A stretch of 64,000 nt of DNA from Planctomycetota bacterium (GCA_046290465.1 JBKAGP010000001.1:1440001-1504000); one strand, 5' to 3'; numbered from the stretch's first letter, positions 19,333 to 29,592 are shown. Numbers and translations: made by a program. Notes: generated by a model from the sequence alone, not told the origin.

Positions 19333-22300
19333 ATGAGCACCGAACTGCCTGAGAAATACGATCCGCAGACGCTCGAGCCGGCCGTGACCAAGCGGTGGCT
19401 GGACGCGAAGGCCTTCGCCGCGACGCCCGACCAGCGGGACGATCGCTACGTCGTCATGATGCCGCTGCCCAACGTCACGGGTGCGCTGCACATGGGCCAC
19501 GCGATGGACAACGTCATGCAGGACCTGCTGACGCGCTGGCACCGCATGCGCGGCGACAACTCGCTGTGGCAGCCGGGGCTCGACCACGCCGGCATCGCGA
19601 CCCAGGCGGTCGTCGAGAAGCGCCTGAAGGAGATCGAGGGCAAGACGCGGCACGACATCGGCCGCGAGGCCCTGGTCGAACGCATCCACGAGTGGGCCGA
19701 CCAGTCCAAGCAGCGCATCGTGTCGCAGCAGCAGGGCATGGGCTGCTCGTGCGACTGGGACCGTTCGCGGTTCACGATGGACGAGGTGTGCGCGCGCTCG
19801 GTGCGGCACACGTTCTTCAAGATGTTCCGCGACGGGCTGATCTTCCGCGGCAACCGGCTGGTCAACTGGGACTGCGCGCTGCAGACCGCGGTGGCCGACG
19901 ACGAGCTCTACAAGGAGGCCGTCGCCGGCAAGTTCCACTACTTCCGCTACCCGATCGTCGACCCGGCCGACGGCGGCCCGACGCACGTGGCGATCGCGAC
20001 CACGCGCCCGGAGACGATGCTCGGCGACACCGCCGTGGCCGTGCACCCCGATCCCAGGGGCGCGCTCGAGCAGGCGATCGCGGCGCAGCAGGCCAAGGTG
20101 GCCGCCGCGCCAGAGAAGGAGAAGGCCGACGCCGAGCGGGAGCTCGAGCGCCTGCAGGCGCGCATGGCCGACGTGATCCCGACGCTGGTGGCGATCTCGG
20201 ACCTCGCCAAGAACGGCGGCAAGGTGCGGCTGCCGCTGATGGAGCGCGAGATCCCGATCATCGTCGACGAGTGGGCCGACCCGACGCTCGGCACCGGCTG
20301 CGTCAAGATCACGCCGGCGCACGATCCCAACGACTACGACGTCTGGCAGCGCCACCAGGAGATCGGCGCGGTCAACATGCTGAACCCCGACGGCACCGTG
20401 AGCCAGAAGGGCGGCAGGTATGCGGGCCTCGATCGCTTCGAGGCGCGCAAGCAGGTGCTGAAGGACCTCGAAGCGGCCGGCCTGCTCGATCGCATCGAGG
20501 ACCGGCACATGGAGATCGACCACTCCGACCGCTCCAAGACCATCATCGAGCCGTACCTGTCCAAGCAGTGGTTCGTGAACATGGGCGACGTCGAGGGCGG
20601 CGTGCTGATGGGCCGCGGCACCCAAAAGGAGTTCCAGAGTCCGGGTCTGGCGCAGGCGGCGCTCGACGCGACCGCGGGCACGCTGCCGCCGTTCGCAGAC
20701 GGCACGCCGCGCAAGCAGGTCGGCTTCCATCCCGACCCGGAGCGCTACCGCAACATGCACGACCGCTGGCTCGGCGAGAAGCGCGACTGGTGCATCAGCC
20801 GGCAGCTCTGGTGGGGTCACCGGATCCCGGTCTGGCGCGGCGACATGGACGCGCAGAAGCTGCTGATGCTGGAGCCGATGCTGCAGGGCCAGCTCGAGCG
20901 CGACGACGTCTGCGCGTGGATCCTGCTGCCGGACGGCAACCGCCTGTCGCCGACCGACGCGTTCGCGCACCTGAAGGGCCCCAACGCGCCGGCAACGGTC
21001 GAGGTGCAGATCTGCTTCCTCGACGCGCAGAACGACGAGACCATCGGCCCGATGCTGCAGAGCGCCGGCCTCGAGCTGGATCCGGACGTGCTCGACACGT
21101 GGTTCAGCTCGGCGCTGTGGCCGCACAGCACGCTGGGCTGGCCCAACCCGGACGACGCCAGGGTCGGCGCGGGGCAGACTTCGCTCGCCGGCGCCGACGG
21201 CCGGCCGGACGCGCTGAGCTGCTACTACCCGGGCAGCTGCCTGGTGACCGGCCGCGACATCATCACGCTGTGGGTCGCGCGCATGATCATCGGCGGGCTC
21301 TACAACCTCGGCGACGTGCCGTTCACCGACGTGTTCCTGCACGCGACGATCCTCGACGGCAAGGGCGTGCGCATGTCGAAGTCGAAGGGCAACGGCATCG
21401 ACCCGCTCGACATCATCCACCGCTACGGCGCCGACGCGCTGCGCTACGTGGTCTGCGAGCTGCAGACCGGCACGCAGGACGTGCGCCTACCGGTGCAGGC
21501 GATCTCGCCGTTCACCGAGGAGGGCGAGGACGAGCGCCTCGTCGACCTGGCGACGGCCGAGGCGGGCCCCTACCTCGGCACGTTCGTCGACCCGGTGACG
21601 AAGCAACCGATGGACCTGATCGGGCAGTACGCGAACGAGGGCATCACGCCCGCCAAGGCGACCAGCGATCGCTTCGCGGTCGGTGCGAACTTCTGCAACA
21701 AGCTGTTCAATGCGGCGCGCTTCGCGTTCTTGAACCTCGACGGCACGACCTACGAGCCGCTCGACGTGGCGCAGCTGCCGGTCGAGGATCGCTGGGTGCT
21801 GTCACGCCTGCACCGCGCGATCGCGACCGTGCACGGCCATCTCGAGGGCTACAACCCATCGGCGGCGATCCAGACGGCGCGCGACTTCTTCTGGAGCGAG
21901 CTGTGTGACTGGTATCTCGAGATGCTGAAGCCGCGCATGAAGGACGGCGCCGACCCGGCGTCGAAGCGCGTCGGCCAGCAGGTGCTCGCCGCAGTGCTCG
22001 ACCAGACGCTGCGGCTGCTGCACCCGTTCGTGCCGTTCTTGACCGAGACGCTGTGGACCCGGCTCGACGAGCTGGCGCCCGAGCGCGGCGTCGCGACGAA
22101 GTTCGCAACGAGCGACCTGCTGGTGCACGCCACGTGGCCGCGGGCCGACGAAGGTTGGCAGGCTGCCGACGTCGAGGCGAACGTCGCCACGATGCAGGGT
22201 TGGTGCGTCGCGATCCGCGAGGCGCGCGCCCGCTACCAGGTGGCGCCGCGCGACCGCCTGGCGGCGCGCTTCCAGGCCGACGGCGCCAGCGCTCTGGTGC

Positions 22301-22647
22301 TGCGCGCGACGCTGCCGCTGCTGGCCAACATGGCGGGCCTGGACATGGGCGACGCGGGCGAGTCCGCGATCGGCCCGGACCAGCAGCGCACCAAGGACAG
22401 CGCGGTGGTCGTGCACGGCGACAGCAAGGCGTTCCTGCTCGGTGTCGTCGACCTCGACAAGGAGCGGCAGAAGCTCGAGAAGGAGCAGAAGACGCTCGAG
22501 GGCCGCATCGGCGGCATCGAGAAGAAGCTCGCCAACGAGGGCTTCCTCGCCAAGGCTCCCGAGGCCGTGGTCAAAAAGGAGCGCGCCAACCTCGAGGCCC
22601 TGCAGACGCAGCTCGCCGGCGTGCGCCAGAGCCTCGCCGAGCTCTAG
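19333..22647 (+). CDS. valS: Valine--tRNA ligase
   Basis: PNVTGALHMGH, DHAGIATQ, ATTRPET, DWCISRQLWWGHRIP, DVLDTWFSS, RMSKS, C-terminal coiled coil. Confidence 0.97.
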   Translation: MSTELPEKYDPQTLEPAVTKRWLDAKAFAATPDQRDDRYVVMMPLPNVTGALHMGHAMDNVMQDLLTRWHRMRGDNSLWQPGLDHAGIATQAVVEKRLKEIEGKTRHDIGREALVERIHEWADQSKQRIVSQQQGMGCSCDWDRSRFTMDEVCARSVRHTFFKMFRDGLIFRGNRLVNWDCALQTAVADDELYKEAVAGKFHYFRYPIVDPADGGPTHVAIATTRPETMLGDTAVAVHPDPRGALEQAIAAQQAKVAAAPEKEKADAERELERLQARMADVIPTLVAISDLAKNGGKVRLPLMEREIPIIVDEWADPTLGTGCVKITPAHDPNDYDVWQRHQEIGAVNMLNPDGTVSQKGGRYAGLDRFEARKQVLKDLEAAGLLDRIEDRHMEIDHSDRSKTIIEPYLSKQWFVNMGDVEGGVLMGRGTQKEFQSPGLAQAALDATAGTLPPFADGTPRKQVGFHPDPERYRNMHDRWLGEKRDWCISRQLWWGHRIPVWRGDMDAQKLLMLEPMLQGQLERDDVCAWILLPDGNRLSPTDAFAHLKGPNAPATVEVQICFLDAQNDETIGPMLQSAGLELDPDVLDTWFSSALWPHSTLGWPNPDDARVGAGQTSLAGADGRPDALSCYYPGSCLVTGRDIITLWVARMIIGGLYNLGDVPFTDVFLHATILDGKGVRMSKSKGNGIDPLDIIHRYGADALRYVVCELQTGTQDVRLPVQAISPFTEEGEDERLVDLATAEAGPYLGTFVDPVTKQPMDLIGQYANEGITPAKATSDRFAVGANFCNKLFNAARFAFLNLDGTTYEPLDVAQLPVEDRWVLSRLHRAIATVHGHLEGYNPSAAIQTARDFFWSELCDWYLEMLKPRMKDGADPASKRVGQQVLAAVLDQTLRLLHPFVPFLTETLWTRLDELAPERGVATKFATSDLLVHATWPRADEGWQAADVEANVATMQGWCVAIREARARYQVAPRDRLAARFQADGASALVLRATLPLLANMAGLDMGDAGESAIGPDQQRTKDSAVVVHGDSKAFLLGVVDLDKERQKLEKEQKTLEGRIGGIEKKLANEGFLAKAPEAVVKKERANLEALQTQLAGVRQSLAEL

Positions 22648-22898
22648 GAGCGCGTCCATGTAGTGGACACGCTGCCAACCGGGATCGCGGAAGCGGCGTG
22701 TACGCGTGCGGACAGGGCTTTGCCCGCTAGGAGCGCGTCCATGCAGTGGACGCGCTGGCCAACCGGGATCGCGGAAGCGGCGTGCACGCGTGCGGACAGG
22801 GCTTTGCCCGCTAGGAGCGCGTCCATGCAGTGGACGCGCTGGCCAACCGGGATCGCGGAAGCGGCGTGTACGCGTGCGGACAGGGCTTTGCCCGCTAG
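22644..22898. repeat. Three tandem copies (83/84/84 bp) of REP/BIME-like palindromic element family A
   Basis: Unit CTAGGAGCGCGTCCATGYAGTGGACRCGCT...GGGCTTTGCCCG; units begin at 22644, 22727, 22811. Confidence 0.9.
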
Positions 22899-23023
22899 CC
22901 GGCGCGCCTCCGGACGACGGCGCCGGCCGTGCCGTTCGCCGGGTTCGCCCCGGCGATCCGACGGTCGGAGAGGTTCGTCCCGGAACCGACCTTGCGGGCC
23001 CGGAACCAACCCGACGGACCGGG

Positions 23024-23995
23024 TCAGCGCTTCAGGTCGGCGACGAGCTTTTTGAGTTCGGCGAGTTGCTGCTTGATGGCGGCCAGCTCCTTGGCGACGC
23101 CGTCGGTTGCGGTCGGCGTGGCGTCGGCGCCGACGGCCAGGTGGCCGATGGTGGTGCCCCAGCGGGCGCGCGCCAGATCGCGCTGCGGCAGCAGCGTCGT
23201 GTTCCAGTAGCCGTTCAGCGTCTCGGGGTCGACGACGGTGCCCCAGTAGCGGCCGGCGGCGGCCTTCTTCTCGCCCACTTCGACGCCGAACTCGCGCTGC
23301 TTGCCGCGACGCAGGATGCGCAGCGACATGCGGTCGCCGACCTTCTTGGCGCCGACGGCCGCGCGCAGCGACGTGTCGGTGACCGACTCGCCGCCGTCGA
23401 CTCCGAGCAGGATGTCGTTCTTGCGCAGCCCTGCCTGCTCGGCCGGACCACCCTCGGTGACGCTCAGGATCAGCACGCACGCCTTGGCATCAAGGCCGAG
23501 GTGGTCGACCAGCGGCGCCGGCACGCTGCCGACCTGCACGCCGATGTAGGGCCGCGTCTGCGGCTCCGCCTCGGCGCCCTTGACCGGGTAGCCCCACTCC
23601 CCGTCCGCGCCGGGCTTCCGCCCGAAGTGGTAGGCGAGCGGCACGTTGCGCTGCCACTGCAACGCGTAGTCGGACACCCGGCTGCCCGCAGCCAGCGGCA
23701 TCGAGCGCAGCGCCTTGGGCGCGGCCGTCGGCGCGTGCACGGTGTAGCCGTCGATGACCGTCGGACGCAGCTTGCCGCCGGCCTTCGCGGCGGCGCCGAC
23801 CTTCGAACCGTTGACGGTGATGTTGGGCACGTCGCCGTGCCAGCGGATCACGATGCGGTCGTCGCCGCGCTCGATGACGATCGACCCCGGGTCGACGGTG
23901 GCGTCGACGCCCGCGTCCTGGGCGCAGAGCGACGCATGCGGGAAGAACGGCGCGAGCAGCAGCGCGCTCGCGAACAGGTTGGATCGCAGGTTCAT
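23024..23995 (-). CDS. Secreted PDZ-domain protein
   Basis: Signal peptide; PYIGV...GPAEQAGLRKNDIL...RILRRG PDZ pattern; C-terminal coiled coil. Confidence 0.85.
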   Translation of the reverse strand: MNLRSNLFASALLLAPFFPHASLCAQDAGVDATVDPGSIVIERGDDRIVIRWHGDVPNITVNGSKVGAAAKAGGKLRPTVIDGYTVHAPTAAPKALRSMPLAAGSRVSDYALQWQRNVPLAYHFGRKPGADGEWGYPVKGAEAEPQTRPYIGVQVGSVPAPLVDHLGLDAKACVLILSVTEGGPAEQAGLRKNDILLGVDGGESVTDTSLRAAVGAKKVGDRMSLRILRRGKQREFGVEVGEKKAAAGRYWGTVVDPETLNGYWNTTLLPQRDLARARWGTTIGHLAVGADATPTATDGVAKELAAIKQQLAELKKLVADLKR

Positions 23996-24070
23996 GGTTC
24001 GGTCTTCTCTCTCTCTCTCGAAGGGTGTGGTTCTGTCTCGGATATGGGTCCGCCTGGAAGCTGGGGCCGC

Positions 24071-24700
24071 CTAGAACTCGGTCGGTGGGATGTAGTCGGC
24101 GAGGTCGATCTGCAGCGGCTGCGGGCTGCCGTGTTCGTCCGGCGCCAGCGTCATCAGTTGCTTGACGCGGGCGCGCTCGACCAGGCTGCGCACGAACACG
24201 ACGTCGAAGCCGTCGCCGTCCGGTGCGCGCCGCGTCGACAGGGTCTGCAGCGGCAGCTGGTCGATGACGCGACCGGCGGTCGCCCCCTCGCGCAGGTAGG
24301 CCTGCATCAGCTGGTCCGGCGTCTGTCCGGCCGCCGGCATCGCGTCGCCCCCATCAGGCACGATCGCAGGCACGACCGCGGGCGCGCCCGCGGTCCAGCG
24401 TCCGACCACGAAGGTCAGCGCCAGCAGCGCCGCCAGCAGGCCGTAGAGCCGAACGTCCGGACCGGACTGCAGCCGTGCCTGCTCCACTGGCGTCTGCTCC
24501 GCCGGCGCCGGCGCCGGCACGTCCTGCGGCACCACCGCGGCCAGTTCGAAACGCAGCTCCGTCTCGGCCTCCAGCGTCGCGCACAGGCGCCGCCAGACGT
24601 CCGGGTCGGTCGCGGCGACGCGGTGCAGCCCGCGCCAGTCCTCGATGCCGGCGCGACCGTCGACGGCGCGGCTAATCCACAGTTCTTCGGATGCGTTCAT
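24071..24700 (-). CDS. Putative anti-sigma factor (single TM)
   Basis: Directly downstream of an ECF sigma; N-terminal ISRAVDG...WRRLC, one TM. Confidence 0.65.
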   Translation of the reverse strand: MNASEELWISRAVDGRAGIEDWRGLHRVAATDPDVWRRLCATLEAETELRFELAAVVPQDVPAPAPAEQTPVEQARLQSGPDVRLYGLLAALLALTFVVGRWTAGAPAVVPAIVPDGGDAMPAAGQTPDQLMQAYLREGATAGRVIDQLPLQTLSTRRAPDGDGFDVVFVRSLVERARVKQLMTLAPDEHGSPQPLQIDLADYIPPTEF

Positions 24701-25292
24701 GTCGTTCCTGGGTCCGGATGTCTCGATGTCGTTCGGCGTCGGCGCGTTCGCGCAGGTGCCGTCGCGCCCGCGCCAGCCGCGTCTCGACGGTCGTCTCGGG
24801 CACGCCGAGCACCTCGGCGACCTCGCGCTGCGTCAGGCCCTCGACGGCGCGCAGCAGCAGCGGCTCGCGGAACTGCGGCTCCAGGTCGGCGACCCGCCGC
24901 ATCGCGTGCTCGAGTTCGTCGCGCCAGCGCTGCTGCTCGGCGCCGTCGAACACCGGCTCGTGCGCCGGCGCCGGCTGGTCCGACACCGCCCGCAACCGCG
25001 CCGCGGTGCCGCTGCGGCGGCCGTGGTCGATCGCGACGCGGCGCGCCACGGTGCGCAGCCAGCCGCGCAGGCTGCCGGCGTCGGCGAGACCGTCGAGCGA
25101 ACGGGTCACCCGCAGCGCCACCTCCTGCAGCAGGTCGTCGAGCTCGCGCACGTCGCCGTGCGCCAGCAGCACGGTGGCGACCAGGCGCCGGTGCCGCTGC
25201 CACAGCGCCCCGGCCGCGTCGCGGTCACCGCCGCGCGCCCGCGCGACCAGCTGCTCGACCTCCTGGCTCTGGTGCTCGTCGCGGCGGGGCAT
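24672..25292 (-). CDS. ECF sigma factor
   Basis: DDLLQEV, GWLRTVARRVAID, EVAEVLGVPETTVETRLARAR. Confidence 0.9.
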   Translation of the reverse strand: MPRRDEHQSQEVEQLVARARGGDRDAAGALWQRHRRLVATVLLAHGDVRELDDLLQEVALRVTRSLDGLADAGSLRGWLRTVARRVAIDHGRRSGTAARLRAVSDQPAPAHEPVFDGAEQQRWRDELEHAMRRVADLEPQFREPLLLRAVEGLTQREVAEVLGVPETTVETRLARARRHLRERADAERHRDIRTQERHERIRRTVD

Positions 25293-25534
25293 CGCGCCAC
25301 TGGACGCACGAGCGCCGCGGATCCGTCACGATGGCCAGCATTTCCGTTGGGGTCGTCGGCAGCAGCGCGCGACAGCCGCTGCCCCCGCTCGCGCCAACGG
25401 GCCCGGGTCCTCCCGCCGGGAGATCCCGCAACCACAACGATGGCAACGACATGCGCACCCTGCTCGGCACGACACCGCTGGTCCCCGGCGCCGATCGGCG
25501 CGCCCGGCATGCATCGGCCGCCGCGAGAACCGAC

Positions 25535-27250
25535 CTACTTCTGCTCGCCGCGCGACTCCCAGTGATCCGGGATCGTCGCCAGGTCGCGCGTGTGCAGCCG
25601 TTCGGTCGCGCGCAGGATGCGCACGACGAAGCGCGGTCCGACCTGGCCGTCGAGCGGCCGCTGGCCGGAGTAGTAGCAGAACTGCGTCGAGAACGGCAGC
25701 GCATCGACGCCGAACGGCAGCTCCTCGATCAGCTCGAGGCGCGGGTCCGGTTCGAACCACTCGGTCTCGATGCCGTCGATGCTGCCGAGAGCGACCAGGT
25801 CGCCGGCCTCGAGCTGCACGCGATCCTCGAGCAGCGGCGCCAGCCCCGCGCGCGGCGCGTAGAACTCGAAGCCCCAGCCGCCGGTGAAGTAGACCCGGGC
25901 GCCGGGGTGGCGTTCTCGCGCGTAGGCGGCCGTGCTTTCGGCGGCATCGATCCAGGCGTGGCCCTCGACGTAGTCGACCGCCTGCACGAAGGCGCCGAGC
26001 AGGGCCGCACCGAACGCGATCGTGCGCACCGCCGCAGCCGTGCCGGCGCGGCGCACCGCCAGCCAACCGCCGGCCACCGTGAACGCGACCACCACCATCA
26101 GCACGCGGCGCGCCGCCGGGAACGGCGACACGACGAACGACGAGACGATCTCGCACAGACACCACAGGACCAGGAACAGCCGCATCGCGCGGCCAGCGGA
26201 GAGGCGCCAGCCGGGTTGTCGCCAGCCGGGCAGTCCGCGCAGCCCCGACCGCAGGTAGAGCCCTAGCGTGGCGCCGACGACCAGCCACGTGACCGCCGAC
26301 ATCGTCACGTACGCGATCGAGTCGGGCGCGCCATCGGCCAGCGTGCGCGTGCCGTCGTCGGGCAGCAGGCCGACGATCGCCAGCCCGACGACGTAGACCA
26401 TCGCCACCGCGATGACCACGCCGCGCCGCGCGCCCAAGCCGACGAGCGCCAGCAGCGCGCCCGGCATCGCCAGCACGCCGACCTGCTGGAACATGCCCTT
26501 GAACAGGTGGTCCCACTCGCGCGTCTGCGTGTCGGACAACTGCTGCAGGAAGTACGAGCCGCCGCCGTGCGACAGGCTCAGCAGACCTTCGACCGCCAGC
26601 ACCATGGCGACCGTCGCCGCGAAGCCGGCCGCCCACTCGCGCCAGCGCCAGCGCAACAGCGCCAGCAGGAACCACGGCGGGAACAGCGCCATCGCCGAGT
26701 ACTTGGTCTGGAACGCGAGCCCCCAGAACACCCCCGCCACGATCGCCGGCGCGATCGCGCGGCGGTCGAAGGCGCGCTGCAGCCAGACCAGGCTGGTCAA
26801 CCCGAGCGCCAGCATCGGGATCTCGAGCATCAGGTTGAGCCCCGGCAGCACCGCCGGCCCGAGCGCGATCGCCGTCGTGATCGCCACGGCACCGCGACGC
26901 AGCCAGCGATGCAGCAGCGACAGCAGGCTGTAGCAGAACAGCCACTGCACCGGCAGGAACCACAGGTGCCAGCCCACCACCGAGTCGCCGAACAGCCAGA
27001 TGCCGGGTGCCCAGTAGTACGAGTGCACCGGCGCCACCATGATCGTCCAGCCCGGCACCGGTTTCTGGTGCCAGACCGGCTCGAACTCGTACGGTGCCGT
27101 CGGCGCCGCGGCGACCTGCGCGGCGTAGTAGTGGTGGCAGACGTCGTCGACGGCGACCGGCTCCAGCAGGTTGGCCGCGTTCATCACGACGGCGAGCAAC
27201 AGCGCGATGGCAGCGAGCGATCGCTTGGGTGTGCTTGGAGCGGTCAGCAT
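25535..27250 (-). CDS. GT-C-like polytopic membrane glycosyltransferase
   Basis: VDD near N-terminus, LAFQTKY, many TMs. Confidence 0.7.
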   Translation of the reverse strand: MLTAPSTPKRSLAAIALLLAVVMNAANLLEPVAVDDVCHHYYAAQVAAAPTAPYEFEPVWHQKPVPGWTIMVAPVHSYYWAPGIWLFGDSVVGWHLWFLPVQWLFCYSLLSLLHRWLRRGAVAITTAIALGPAVLPGLNLMLEIPMLALGLTSLVWLQRAFDRRAIAPAIVAGVFWGLAFQTKYSAMALFPPWFLLALLRWRWREWAAGFAATVAMVLAVEGLLSLSHGGGSYFLQQLSDTQTREWDHLFKGMFQQVGVLAMPGALLALVGLGARRGVVIAVAMVYVVGLAIVGLLPDDGTRTLADGAPDSIAYVTMSAVTWLVVGATLGLYLRSGLRGLPGWRQPGWRLSAGRAMRLFLVLWCLCEIVSSFVVSPFPAARRVLMVVVAFTVAGGWLAVRRAGTAAAVRTIAFGAALLGAFVQAVDYVEGHAWIDAAESTAAYARERHPGARVYFTGGWGFEFYAPRAGLAPLLEDRVQLEAGDLVALGSIDGIETEWFEPDPRLELIEELPFGVDALPFSTQFCYYSGQRPLDGQVGPRFVVRILRATERLHTRDLATIPDHWESRGEQK

Positions 27251-27324
27251 CTTCGGGGCGGGCGAGAACGGTCCATCGGTCGACCCTCGAACCATACTGA
27301 AACCGCCACTACGCTTCCGCCCAA

Positions 27325-29031
27325 GTGCCCGACCTGACCGAATCCCTGCAGCAGCTGTACGGCTTCTCCGCCTTTCGCGGGCCGCAGCGCGAGATCATCG
27401 AACACCACCTCGACGGCGGCTCGGCGCTGGTGCTGATGGCGACCGGCGACGGCAAGTCGCTGTGCTACCAGCTGCCGGCCTTCGTCGGCGAAGGCCTGAC
27501 GATCGTGGTCTCACCGCTGATCGCGTTGATGGACGACCAGGTCGCGGCGCTCGAACGACGCGGCCTGCCGGCGACCTGCATCCACAGCATGCTCGACCGG
27601 CAGACCCGGCAGGCGCGGTTCGACGCGGTGCTGCGCGGCGACGTCAAGCTGCTCTACTGCACGCCCGAGCGCTTCCGCGTCGGCGCCGGCGAAGACAACT
27701 TCCTCGAGCGCATCCGCGCCGCCGACGTGCGGCGCCTGGCGATCGACGAGGCCCACTGCCTGAGCCAATGGGGCCACGACTTCCGGCCCGACTACCAGCG
27801 CCTCGGCGAGGTGCGCGCGGCGCTCGGTGACGTCCCGTGCCTGGCGCTGACGGCGACCGCGACGCCGCAGGTGCAGCAGGACATCCGCGCGACGCTGCGG
27901 CTCGACGACGCGCGCCTGTTCCACACCGGGATCGCGCGCGACAACCTTGGGCTGTCGGTGCACCACGCGCTGACCGACCAGGACAAGCTCGACCGCCTCG
28001 AGCAGCTGCTGCGACGCACCGGCGGCCCGGCGATCGTCTACTGCGCGCTGATCAAGGACCTGCGCATGCTCGAGGCCGAGCTGCAGCGGCGCGACTTCTG
28101 GCCGATGGTCTACCACGGCGACCTGTCCGCGCACGAACGGCGCACGCAACAGGCGAAGTTCCAGCAGCGCGACGACGCGCTGATGCTGGCGACCAACGCG
28201 TTCGGCATGGGCGTCGACAAGGCCGACATCCGCGCGATCGTGCACTGGCAGATCCCGCGCACGCTCGAGGCCTACTACCAGGAGGTCGGCCGCGCCGGCC
28301 GCGACGGCGACGGCGCGTTCTGCGAACTGCTCTACCGCGAGGAGGACCTGGTGATCCAGCGCAACTTCGCCGAGTGGGCCAACCCGAGCGCCGACTTCGC
28401 CTGCGACGTGATCGACCACATGGTGGGCCTGGGGGACCGCCTGCACGCGTGCGACGTCGACACGCTGCGCGAGACGTTCTTGACCAAGAACCGCCACGAC
28501 GGCCGCGTCGACACGGTGCTGCGGCTGCTGCGCGCGGCCGGCTGCACGACCGGCGAGGCCGGCCTCGACCTGCGGCTGGTGCGCGTCCCGGACGTGCGCG
28601 AGGTCGAGTCGTGGCTACCCGACGACAAGCGGCAGAACGACCTGATGGGCCTGCTCAAGATGGTGCGCTACGGCAGCGAACCCACCTGCCGCAAGCAGAC
28701 GATCCACGCCCACTTCGGCTTCGAGCACGACTTCGTCGACGGCTGCGGCTCGTGCGACGTCTGCGTCGACGTCGCCAGCTGGCAGGACCAGCACATGCCG
28801 ACTCCCCGGCCGCTGACGCGCGGCCGCGCCGAACAGCCGGTCGACGACGACGACCCCACCCACGGCCTGCAGCGCGGCGACTGGCTCGACGTGCAGGGCG
28901 TCGGTCTGTGCTGCGTGGTCCGCGTGCACCGCCACGGCAAGAACGTGCGCGTCGACGTCGAACGGGCCACCGACCTGAAGCCGCGCACCGTCGACCTGCG
29001 CCGCAAGAAGTGGCGGCGCGTGCAGAACTGA
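27325..29031 (+). CDS. recQ: RecQ-family DNA helicase (no recognisable HRDC domain)
   Basis: TGDGKSLCYQLP, DEAHCLSQWGHDFRPDY, ATNAFGMGVDK, QEVGRAGRDG, CRK...CGSCDVC. Confidence 0.93.
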   Translation: MPDLTESLQQLYGFSAFRGPQREIIEHHLDGGSALVLMATGDGKSLCYQLPAFVGEGLTIVVSPLIALMDDQVAALERRGLPATCIHSMLDRQTRQARFDAVLRGDVKLLYCTPERFRVGAGEDNFLERIRAADVRRLAIDEAHCLSQWGHDFRPDYQRLGEVRAALGDVPCLALTATATPQVQQDIRATLRLDDARLFHTGIARDNLGLSVHHALTDQDKLDRLEQLLRRTGGPAIVYCALIKDLRMLEAELQRRDFWPMVYHGDLSAHERRTQQAKFQQRDDALMLATNAFGMGVDKADIRAIVHWQIPRTLEAYYQEVGRAGRDGDGAFCELLYREEDLVIQRNFAEWANPSADFACDVIDHMVGLGDRLHACDVDTLRETFLTKNRHDGRVDTVLRLLRAAGCTTGEAGLDLRLVRVPDVREVESWLPDDKRQNDLMGLLKMVRYGSEPTCRKQTIHAHFGFEHDFVDGCGSCDVCVDVASWQDQHMPTPRPLTRGRAEQPVDDDDPTHGLQRGDWLDVQGVGLCCVVRVHRHGKNVRVDVERATDLKPRTVDLRRKKWRRVQN

Positions 29032-29050
29032 GCGGTACACTTCGCGGCCG

Positions 29051-29589
29051 ATGACCTCGTACACCCGCACCACGCGCGCCTGGCTCGAGCAGCGCTTCCT
29101 GATGCGCTCGGAGGCGGGCCACTACTTCGCGCACACGCCGATCTACGGCGTCGGCCACCCGGACGCCGAGCCCGGCCACGCCGCGCGGCTGTGTCGCATC
29201 TCGCGGATCCTGCGCGTGCTCGACGGCCTCGCGTTCGACACCATGCTCGACGTCGGCGGCGCCGAGGGCTACCTCGGCCATCTGGCGCAGACGATCTTCG
29301 GCGTCGAGGCCGCGACCTCCGACCTGTCGCTCGAGGCCAACCGGCGGGCGCGCGAGATCTTCGCGCTGCCGTCCGCGGCGGTCGACTGCTCGCGGAGGGC
29401 GCCGAGCAGCAGACGTTCACCGAGGAGTGCTCGGTCAAGTTCCCGCTCAGCAACGACGGCCAGCTGCGCACCGTGCGGGTCGTGCTGTCGAGCAACGAAC
29501 ACCTGCCCGACGAGGTGCAGTGGCTGCGCCTCGACCTCGCCGACGCGGCGTGCCAGGAGATCGACCTGCTGTCGCTGCGGCTGCTGTGA
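29051..29589 (+). pseudogene. Class I SAM methyltransferase gene with apparent internal deletion/frameshift
   Basis: LDVGGAEG motif in frame 29051; coding-like sequence switches frame near 29395 (EGAEQQTF...LLSLRLL*). Confidence 0.7.
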
Positions 29590-29592
29590 ACG

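Noticed and set aside
22644..22898. Possible CRISPR array
   Set aside because: The whole unit is repeated with no unique spacers, and no cas genes are present
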